A DNA stretch of 64,000 nucleotides, taken from NCBI GenBank assembly GCA_040954595.2, contig JBECUI020000024.1, positions 124,001-188,000 on the forward strand, read 5' to 3'. A program made the translations under genes and the position numbers. Source of the stretch: Balanoglossus misakiensis (Eukaryota > Animalia > Hemichordata). The first letter of the stretch is position 1; the number at the start of each line of letters is the position of its first letter. The notes beneath the pieces are model-generated. The model was not told the DNA's origin and ran no database searches. It worked only from the letters and a program-made list of their open reading frames with translations. This document shows positions 22,070-32,268 of this stretch, in pieces.

Positions 22070-25000
22070 ATGACTTTTAAAAGCAGTGACACAGGCGGCA
22101 TTCAACACGAAAATAACAATTTTAGCCACAATTTGGTCAAAATGGTAAATTTTTGAAAATTACAAAAATACCTGTTTTCTACATTTTCGGAATTCTGATG
22201 GAGTATCGAATGCTCTTCGTATATATATATCGATACAAATTCCACAATAAACGGCAAATTTGGCTCACTGCAGACAAAATTGCGTTTTACCAAATTTTCC
22301 TTGAAAATGTCATTTTTAGAAAAAAAAATAAAAAAACCTTTGTTCTTCGAATTTGGTGCCCTGATCATATATGACATGTTGATTATATGTTAAAACTTTC
22401 GACCACTCCAAAAATGCAGAGATAGTGACGGAATTCAAGAAAAAATAGCCATTTTGGCCATATTTTGACAGAAATGGTAAATTTTTAAAAAATCATAAAA
22501 CATTAACTCTTTTCTTATTTTTTCGGAAATATTATGGAGCATGAAGTGTCGTTCTCTTGTAAAAAGTGCTGCAAATTCCAGAAAAGGCGGTATAATTTAA
22601 ATCACCCAAGACAAAATTACCATTTTCGACTTTTTTTCGAAAAATTGTCTTTTTTACAAAATAAATAAGAATAAATTCTTTTCTTAGTTTCAAACGGGTA
22701 GAGATACTTTCCACACGGGTTTTCTAACATTGAATTCCCGTTCATCAACTCAGATTTCCTACAGCATAAGTCGGCTAAAACCCTGACACTCTAGAGCAGA
22801 AACAGTTGCACACTGGTAACGTTGAACAAGTCGATTTTTCTACGGCCTGGCTCGGCTAAATCTCCGTCACAATATGACAGACACTAGCGTACGTTAGCAA
22901 CGGTGATCAAGTCAGATTTTCTACGGCATGGCTTGGATAAAGCCCCGGCACTCTAGAGCAGAAACACGCGTACAGAGACCACGTTGATCTACTCACATTT
23001 CCTTCGGCCTAGCACGGCTGATGCCCCGGCACTATATATAGGACACAGGCTGGCGTAAGTTAACATCGGTACTCACGTCGGGTTTCCTACGGCCTGGCTC
23101 AGCTGAAGCCCCGGCACTCTAGAGCAGAAACAGGCGTACATTGACCACGTTGATCAAGTCAGATTTCCTACGGCGTGACTCGGCTGGTGCACCGGCTCTA
23201 TATGACACAGACTGGCGTAAGTTATCAACGGTGATTACGTTGGATTTCCTACGGCCTGGTTTAGCTGAAGCCCCGGCACTTTAAATAAGAGCGGAATCAC
23301 GCGTACATTGACCACGATGATCAAGTCAGATCTCCTACGGCCTGGCTCGACTAAAACCCCGGCACACCATGACAGACACTAGCGTTCGTTAGCAACGGTG
23401 ATCAAGTCGGATTTCCTTCGGCCTGGCTCTGCAAAAGACCCGACACTCTAGTACAAAGACGTTGGCTAAGTCGGGCAAACCGAAGAGGGAAAGTCACAGC
23501 GGGTCAACACTCGACATTTGTTCGGGTAGGACTGCATTATTGCCTGTCAATTTATAGAGAAAGCCCGAATTTAACCAGGGCGTTTCAAACACCGACGTTA
23601 GTTGGGGGCACGGCCTGCAGTACTGCCGGGTAAGCTGACATCGGCGTACCGCATATAATGTAGGGGGGGGGGGGGGGGACAGAACGGTTCAATACTACAT
23701 TTATTAGATATCAGCTAATTTTGGACAATCATCTAAAATCTAAATCATTTTTTCATATTTGGATATCTGATGATGTATGAAATTTCCATTATATGTAAAA
23801 ATGGTGCTGATTATAAAAAATGCACTCTGAATGAGCTGATTTAATACAAAATTGCGTTTTATTCGTTTTTGCACCAAAAAGGTCATTTTTAGGCAAACAT
23901 TCTTTATTTTTTTAATTCGGTGACCTGATCATATATAAACAATTGCTTGTATGTTAAAAGTTTTTATGACTTTTAAAAGCAGTGACACTGGCGGCATTCA
24001 TCACGAAAATAACAATTTTAGCCACAATTTGGTCAAAATGGTAAATTTTTGAAAATTACAAAAAATACCTGTTTTCTAAATTTTCGGAAATCTGATGGAG
24101 TATAGAATGCTCTTCGTATGTATATATCGATACAAATTCCACAAATGACCGTCTAATTTGGCTCACTGCAGACAAAATTGCGTTTTACCAAATTTTCCTT
24201 GAAAATGTCATTTTTAGAAGAAAAATAATAAAAAAAACCTTTGTTCTTCGAATTTGGTGCCCTGATCATATATGACATGGTGATTGTAAGTTAAGACTTT
24301 CGACCACTCCAAAAATGCAGAGATATTGACGGAATTCAAGAAAAAATAGCCATTTTGGCCATATTTTGTCAAAAATGGTAATTTTTTAAAAAATCATAAA
24401 AAAATAACTCTTTTCTTCATTTTCGGAAATATTATGGAGCATGAAGTGTCGTTCTCTTGTAAAAAGTGCTGCAAATTCCAGAAAAGGCGGTATAATTTGA
24501 ATCACCCAAGACAAAATTACCATTTTCGACTTTTTTTCGAAAAATTGTCTTTTTTACAAAATAAATAAGAATAAATTCTTTTCTTAGTTTCAAACGGGTA
24601 GAGATACTTTCCACACGGGTTTTCTAACATTGAATTCCCGTTCATCAACTCAGATTTCTTACAGCATAAGTCGGCTAAAACCCTGACACTCTAGAGCAGA
24701 AACAGTTGCACACTGGTAACGTTGAACAAGTCGATTTTTCTACGGCCTGGCTCGGCTAAATCTCCGTCACAATATGACAGACACTAGTGTAGGTTAGCAA
24801 CGGTGATCAAGTCAGATTTTCTACGGCATGGCTTGGATAAAGCCCCGGCACTCTAGAGCAGAAACACGCGTACAGAGACCACGTTGATCTACTCACATTT
24901 CCTTCGGCCTGGCACGGCTGATGCCCCGGCACTATATATAGGACACAGACTGGCGTAAGTTAACAACGGTAATCACGTCGGGTTTCCTACGGCCTGGCTC

Positions 25001-27339
25001 AGCTGAAGCCCCGGCACTCTAGAGCAGAAACAGGCGTACATTGACCACGTTGATCAAGTCAGATTTCCTACGGCGTGACTCGGCTGGATGATGTATGAAA
25101 TTTCCATTATATGTAAAAATGGAGCTGATTATAAAAAATGCACTCTGAATGAGCTGATTTAATACAAAATTGCGTTTTATTCGTTTTTGAACAAAAAAGG
25201 TCATTTTTAGGCAAAACATTCTTTATTTTTTTAATTCGGTGACCTGATCATATATAAACAATTGCTTGTATGTTAAAAGTTTTTCCGACTTTGAAAAGCA
25301 GTGACACTGGCGGCATTCAACACGAAAATAACAATTTTAGCCACAATTTGGTCAAAATGATAAATTTTTGAAAATTACAAAAAATACCTGTTTTCTAAAT
25401 TTTCGGAAATCTGATGGAGTATAGAATGCTCTTCGTATATATATATCGATACAAATTCCACAAAAAAACGGCCAATTTGGCTCACTGCAGACAAAATTGC
25501 GTTTTACCAAATTTTCCTTGAAAATGTCATTTTTAGAAAAAAAAAATAAAAAAACCTTTGTTCTTCGAATTTGGTGCCCTGATCATATATGACAGCATTT
25601 CCTACAGCATAAGTCGGCTAAAACCCTGACACTCTAGAGCAGAAACAGTTGCACACTGGTAACGTTGAACAAGTCGATTTTTCTACGGCCTGGCTCGGCT
25701 AAATCTCCGTCACAATATGACAGACACTAGCGTACGTTAGCAACGGTGATCAAGTCAGATTTTCTACGGCATGGCTTGGAGAAAGCCCCGGCACTCTAGA
25801 GCAGAAACACGCGTACAGAGACCACGTTGATCAAGTCTGATCTCCTACGGCTTGGCTCGACTAAAACCCCGGCACACTATGACAGACACTAGCGTTCGTT
25901 AGCAACGGTGATCAAGTCAGATTTTCTACGGCATGGCTTGGCTAAAGCCCCGGCACTCTAGAGCAGAAACACGCGTACAGAGACCACGTTGATCAAGTCT
26001 GATCTCCTACGGCTTGGCTCGACTAAAACCCCGGCACACTATGACAGACACTAGCGTTCGTTAGCAACGTTGATCAAGTCGGGTTTCCTACGGCCTGGCT
26101 CAGCTGAAGCCCCGGCACTCTAGAGCAGAAACAGGCGTACATTGATCACGTTGATCAAATCAGATTTCCTACGGCGTGACTCGGCTGGTGCACCGGCTCT
26201 ATATGACACGGACTGGCGTAAGTTATCAACGGTGATTACGTCGGATTTCCTACGGCCTGGTTTAGCTGAAGCCCCGGCACTTTAGATCGGAAACACGCGT
26301 ACATTGACCACGATGATCAAGTCAGATCTCCTACGGCCTGGCTCGACTAAAACCCCGGCACACCATGACAGACACCAGCGTTCGTTAGCAACGGTGATCA
26401 AGTCGGATTTCCTTCGGCCTGGCTCTGCAAAAGATCCGACACTCTAGTGCAAAGACGTTGGCTAAGTCGGGCAAACCGAAGAGGGAAAGTCACAGCGGGT
26501 CAACACTCGACATTTGTTCGGGTAGGACTGCATTATTGCCTGTCAATTTATAGAGAAAGCCCGAATTTAACCAGGGCGTTTCAAACACCGACGTTAGTTG
26601 GGGGCACGGCCTGGAGTACTGCCGGGTAAGCTGACATCGGCGTACCGCATATAATGTAGGGGGGGGCGGGAAACAGAACGGTTCAATACTACATTTATTA
26701 GATATTAGCTAATTGTGGACAATCATCTAAAATCTAAATCATTTTTTCATATTTGGATATCTGATGATGTATGACATTTCCATTATATGTAGAAATGGTG
26801 CTGATTATAAAAAATGCAATCTTAATGAGCTGATTTAATACAAAATTGCGTTTTATTCGTTTTTGCACCAAAAAGGTCATTTTTAGGCAAAACATTCTTT
26901 ATTTTTTTAATTCGGTGACCTGATCATATATAAACAATTGCTTGTATGTTAAAAGTTTTTATGACTTTTAAAAGCAGTGACACTGGCGGCATTCAACACG
27001 AAAATAACAATTTTAGCCACACTTTGGTCAAAATGGTAAATTTTTGAAAATTACAAAAAATACCTGTTTTCTACATTTTCGGAAATCTGATGGAGTATAG
27101 AATGCTCTTCGTATGTATATATCGATACAAATTCCACAAAAGACCGTCTAATTTGGCTCACTGCAGACAAAATTGCGTTTTACTAAATTTTCCTTGAAAA
27201 TGTCATTTTTAGAAAAAAAAATAAAAAAACCTTTGTTCTTCGAATTTGGTGTCCTGATCATATATGACATGTTGATTGTATGTTAAAACTTTCGACCAGT
27301 CCAAAAATGCAGAGATATTGACGGAATTCAAGAAAAAAT
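22070..27339. repeat. Macrosatellite array, block 3 (includes one unit with two internal deletions)
   Basis: Poly-G at 23663 and 26659; deletion junctions at ~25088 and ~25595. Confidence 0.96.
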
Positions 27340-27648
27340 TATCGGAGATGCTAAAAACTCTGACCATGAGTCATTTTGAGGATCACAGCTCGGATGCTTT
27401 GAGCCAATCAGAGCTGAGTATTTTAGCCCAATCAGAGGCCTAGTTAATCACCCAATGACATATCTTTCCCCGCCAAAACAAAATTTGCTACTTTTTGACT
27501 GGCGTTTTGTGCTTGTGTAATCACTTCTTGAGTGACCTTCAATAAAAGCTGTTTAAAGGTTGTACAGCTGCGTCCCGCTCCTGTAATTTCCCCTGCCATC
27601 CCCCAGAACCTTGTTCATAAATCCACCCCAGACGTAAAGTACGTCACA
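27340..27648 (+). repeat. BEL/Pao 5' LTR (309 bp, TA...CA)
   Basis: Matches 35654-35961 except one substitution and one 1-bp indel seen by eye; contains two CCAAT boxes and AATAAA. Confidence 0.95.
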
Positions 27649-27652
27649 TTTT

Positions 27653-27670
27653 TGGTGCCGAGACCAGGAT
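27653..27670 (+). promoter_or_regulatory. Primer-binding site, probably tRNA-His
   Basis: TGGTGCCGAGACCAGGAT begins 4 nt after the LTR. It is one mismatch from the complement of an invertebrate tRNA-His 3' end (TGGTGCCGTGACCAGGAT, recalled from memory). Confidence 0.8.
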
Positions 27671-27679
27671 TTACCGGTA

Positions 27680-29725
27680 ATGATGGCAGAACCAGAGGAA
27701 CAGGAGCACCCAGCACCCGCTCAGGCGGTCCCAGGAGCAAACTCGCTCAACAGGCTGAAAGGTACACGAAGGGGTCACCGTGGATCCATGACAAGACTTC
27801 TCAACAAAGCAGAGGATATCATCTCATCATTTGAAGAGAACGATGACAAGATCGAAGCTCTCGATACCCTCATCACCACGCGCGAACTGATAAACGCGAA
27901 ATACGACATTCTCGCATCCCTAGACTTGAAGATCATCGAATCCGTTGACGAAGGCGACCTCGAAGGCGTGATCGAGGAAACCGACGACTACTTGCATCAA
28001 GTTTTCGATAGAAAGCTCAAGATCGGCCGATTCATCGACAGAAATTCGCGAGCGACATCGCCCGACCGATCTTCCCACGAAGAAATCACTTCCGCGGCAC
28101 CCTCCACTCAAAGGAAAACTACAAGTTTGCCGAAACTTCAGCTACCCGTCTTTTCGGGTGACATTCTCAAATGGGTCAGTTTCCACGACGCGTTCAAATC
28201 CGCTGTCCACGACGACAAGAATCTGGGTGACGTCCAGAAATTCCAATACTTACGCGCGCAGCTTCAAGGCGAAGCCGCTCGATCGATCGAAGGTCTGTCA
28301 TTGACAAGTTCGAACTACGCACACGCGCTTCAACTTCTCACCGAACGTTATGGCAAAACACACATATAAGCGCCTACATGAAATCGCTGTGGGACATGCC
28401 GAGTCCAGAAGGCGAACTCAGCAGTCTGCGAAACTTCTACGACACTCTAGAGAGTAATATTCGCGGTCTCCAATCTCTCGGTAAAAACGAAGACGCGTAC
28501 GGAGATCTACTCGTACCCATAGTCTTGGAAAAACTTCCCGGTAACACTCGCAAACAAATCGCACGAGAACACGGTAATAATGAATGGAAACTCGGCGACC
28601 TACGAAAGGCAATTCTCAAAGAAATCGACGCTCTTCAAGCTGGCCTCTCCACCGCTGAATCCGACAGCGATTCTACATACGACGAATGCAAGCCGTCGAT
28701 GACCGCCGCGTTTCACACTAGATCCGCAACCCGTTTCGCAAGGGTCAATAAACCGAAATCGTGTGCGTTTTGCAAAGGGCAACATTTTGCCAATGAATGC
28801 ACAACCATTACCGATAAGAAGAAACGTCTTGACATTGTCAAACGCGACAAACTCTGTTTTAACTGCCTCGGCAGGCATCGAGTACACGATTGTAGATCGA
28901 GATTCAGTTGCCGTTCATGCAACAGAAAGCATCATACCTCGCTTCATACTGATCGAGCTTCAGACAGTTCGAAAACCCCGACGGAAGACGCGCGCACTCC
29001 TTCCGCTACACACGTTCAGTTCGCCCGTACTGAGAACTCGAGTCGCGAGAAAGCGAGAAACGGACCAATTCTCCTGAAAACCGCGGTCGTTCCAGTCTCT
29101 ACGAAATTTCAAACGACAATTGACGCCACAGTGTTATTCGACGAAGGCGCGACGCGTTCATTCGTGACCCAAGATTTCGCGACAAGACTCGGTTTAGAAC
29201 CGACCGGTACCGAGGTCATTAGACTGACTTCCTTCGGTGACAAATATCCGCGACAAAGATCGATCAATGCAGCGACCATTGCATTGCACACGCTTTCCGG
29301 CGAAAAGAAAGAGATAAACGTTCTCATCATTCCGCAGATTTCGACGCGAATGAAAAACTTTGTCAAGCAACCAGTTGCTGACTTGCCTCATCTAAGCGGA
29401 GTAAACTTTGCTTACCCGGTATCGAACACCGATTCGTTCGAGATTTCCGTGTTGATAGGCGCGGACTACTACTGGGATTTTGTCGAAGATCGAGTTATTC
29501 GTGGCCCAGGCCCAACCGCTGTACGCTCGAAATTCGGTTACCTACTGTCCGGTCCCGTTCACAAGACAAAATCGTCCGATAGCGATGCTACGATTTTTCA
29601 TGTTCTCTCAAACACGCACGACGAAGAGATTCAACTCCAAAATTATTGGAACCTCGAGACAATCGGTATTCAAGACGATTCGCAATCTGCTGCTATGGAT
29701 AACAATACCTTTGAAGATTACAGAG
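27680..29725 (+). pseudogene. gag: BEL/Pao gag + aspartic protease (frameshift ~28364; interrupted at 29726)
   Basis: LPKLQLPVFSGD...W..F (DUF1759-like); three BEL-type Cys/His knuckles CAFCKGQHFANEC, CFNCLGRHRVHDC, CRSCNRKHHTSLH; protease LFDEGATRSF and LIGAD. Confidence 0.92.
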
Positions 29726-30261
29726 AACAGTATAGAAAACATTTTCCAATTTCCGAAAAACCTCTTTTTTACATAATTACTGCTGAAAAAGTTAGAAATT
29801 TATGAAAATATTCCTTATTCTTTGCCAATTTCTAATGAAAAAATTACATAAAGGTATTCTTAGTCTCTTTCCTGCAGCTGTACAGCAGGAAAAATGCATT
29901 TTGTCATATTTTGGCTTTAAACTCAAATTAAAATTTATCTGTGAAAAAACTGAGTCTCCTTCAAAGCCACGTACATGACAGTCCTTTTGATTTTCTTCTA
30001 ATGAAATTTTGTCTCCATGTTTATCATGAGTAATATTTTTATTGAAAATTTGCAAGTGTGTGAATTGTTTGTAAAATTTCGCCAGAAAAAACAATAGCAT
30101 CAAAAAGTAAATCTGAAACCCAATATTTATTACAAGAATTGTTAGATTAATATCCGTATCACACAAATCCGTTGGATTTCGTATGAATTTTAGGAAATAA
30201 GCACTGCTAATTGACAAATCCATATTTTGCAGCTGAAATACTTGGAAAAGAGTCAGTGGCA

Positions 30262-30712
30262 TGTGAGAGCTTGGAAATTTCCAAGCACTGACAAGGGTCA
30301 GTGGTCGGAAATTTCCAGACACTCAGGGAATGTGAGAGCCTGGAAATTTCCAAGCACTGACAAGGGTCAGTGGTCGGAAATTTCCAGACACTCAGGGAAT
30401 GTGAGAGCTTAGAAATTTCCAAGCACTGACAAGGGTCAGTGGTCGGAAATTTCCAGACACTCAGGGAATGTGAGAGCCTGGAAATTTCCAAGCACTGACA
30501 AGGGTCAGTGGTCGGAAATTTCCAGACACTCAGGGAATGTGAGAGCTTAGAAATTTCCAAGCACTGACAAGGGTCAGTGGTCGGAAATTTCCGGACACTC
30601 AGGGAATGTGAGAGCCTGGAAATTTCCAAGCACTGACAAGGGTCAGTGGTCGGAAATTTCCAGACACTCAGGGAATGTGAGAGCCTTGATATCTCCAAGC
30701 ACTGACAGGGTC
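30262..30712 (+). repeat. Tandem array of 69-bp palindrome-rich units (~6.5 copies)
   Basis: TGTGAGAGC starts at 30262, 30331, 30400, 30469, 30538, 30607 and 30676. Confidence 0.96.
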
Positions 30713-30779
30713 ATGGTAGTCCCCCGTACAGGTCTGCGTTCTCCCGGCGTTTAATACATGGCTTCCACCACATCTCTGC

Positions 30780-31172
30780 AAGGCTCCATGGACAAAACTG
30801 ATTCGTCTGAGATCCGGATCCGGACAGCAGCTTTTCGGCCGAGATTCGATTTTATCGGGGGGAATCTTCCCCCCGTCTACCCACAAATGACTCCAAATAT
30901 GATGTAATTAACTTCTGAGCCGCTCGCTTTCTGATTTTCTCTTGTGTTTACCTGTTGAGATCGCCATATTGAATACGGTGAGGTTATCTCAATGGGTAAA
31001 CACAAAAGTTTCAGAAAGCGAGCGGTTCGGATGTTAGAAGAAGTCAATCGTGGAGTCGGTTATAACCGGTTAGTAGACAGGGAAAGGATATTCTCCCGAT
31101 AAAATCGAATTTCGGCGAAAAGCTCTGGTACGGATCTGGACCGCAGACGCAACAGGTTTGTCTAAGGAGCCT
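30780..31172. repeat. Diverged long inverted repeat (~190-bp arms)
   Basis: Complementary pairs: AGGCTCC/GGAGCCT; TTCGATTTTATCGGG/CCCGATAAAATCGAA; CCGCTCGCTTTCTGA/TCAGAAAGCGAGCGG; TTGTGTTTACC/GGTAAACACAA; centre ~30972. Confidence 0.88.
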
Positions 31173-31376
31173 TAGCGTCACAATGTTCATGACAGGCTTC
31201 GCCTACCAACTCCTCTGAGTTAGCCCATACACTAGTTGTTTATTGGGAATTGGTATTGTTTATCTGAGACAATTGTTCTTTCTACTCTGTATACAAAGTC
31301 ACAACTTCACAACTACCAAATGCTATTGTTCTTGAATTATGCAGTGTTACCAAATGTCACAGTTCAAACCACTGTT

Positions 31377-31593
31377 TATAAAGAAGTATTGGCCATCCCG
31401 CCCCTCTCTCTTCATTCCGAACCTATTCCCAAGTGTACGCGGTACATTTGTTGGTGCCGAGACCAGGATGTCGGGCATGGAGAGAGAGAGAAGAGGCCAC
31501 CGCAGTCAAATGACCAATCTCATCCGTAGGGTTGAAGATATAAACACAGGCGAAGTTCCTCAACAGATCGTTTTCCTAAAGGCCATAATTTGA
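31377..31593 (+). mobile_element. Fragment of a second BEL/Pao element (LTR 3' end, PBS, gag start) carried inside the TIR element
   Basis: ...GGTACA end at 31446, then TGGTGCCGAGACCAGGAT (31452-31469) identical to the host PBS, then RRGHRSQMTNLIRRVEDI resembling host gag RRGHRGSMTRLLNKAEDI. Confidence 0.8.
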
Positions 31594-31611
31594 AACATGA
31601 TAGAGAAACTC

Positions 31612-31977
31612 AAGATTTCCAAGCACTGACCCTGTCAATGCTTGGAAATTTCCAGGCTCTCACATTCCCCGAGTGTCTGGATATTTCCGGCCACTAACCC
31701 TGTCAGTGCTTGGAAATTTCTAGACTCCCACATTCCCTGAGTGTCTGGAAATTTCCGACCACTGACCCTTGTCAGTGCTTGGAAATTTCTAAGCTCTCAC
31801 ATTCCCTGAGTGTCTGGAAATTTCCGACCACTGACCCTTGTCAGTGCTTGGAAATTTCCAGGCTCTCACATTCCCCGAGTGTCTGGAAATTTCCGACCAC
31901 TGACCCTTGTCAGTGCTTGGAAATTTCTAAGCTCTCACATTCCCTGAGTGTCTGGAAATTTCCGACCACTGACCCTT
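31612..31977 (-). repeat. Inverted copy of the 69-bp array (~5 copies)
   Basis: Reverse complement of the 30262-30712 unit; the ORF track gives the same peptide repeat on the opposite strand. Confidence 0.95.
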
Positions 31978-32268
31978 CTGGAGTGACTAGCAATTTTTGC
32001 AAATTGTACTATTAATTGAATTCATAATTTAATAATTAGTTTTTTTCAATGAAATATTCAAATCCATACAACCCAAAGATGGCTCCTTCATTATTTCTAT
32101 GGAAATTTCACAGTTTATTCTTTTCTTTCTGCACACTCGCAAACATCTTGAAAATAATCATAGAAAAATATCGAAATATATTGTACTGTGAACAAAACAC
32201 TAATTTCCTTGAAAAAAGTTTAAAAAACGGCTACTTTTCGGAAATTGGAAAATGTTTTCTATACTGTT

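Larger units (their letters stand above)
29726..32268. mobile_element. Non-autonomous TIR DNA transposon (foldback-like), superfamily unassigned
   Basis: Perfect 34-bp TIRs AACAGTATAGAAAACATTTTCCAATTTCCGAAAA (29726-29759 / 32235-32268) and 4-bp TSD AGAG (29722-29725 / 32269-32272). Removing the insert plus one TSD restores the host frame (EDYR|DTHLR). Confidence 0.93.

Noticed and set aside
30207-30698. 163-aa repeat protein (and its mirror at 31710-32015)
   Set aside because: It is a by-product of a stop-free 69-bp (23-codon) DNA repeat with non-ATG starts; conservation is explained by the DNA palindromes.
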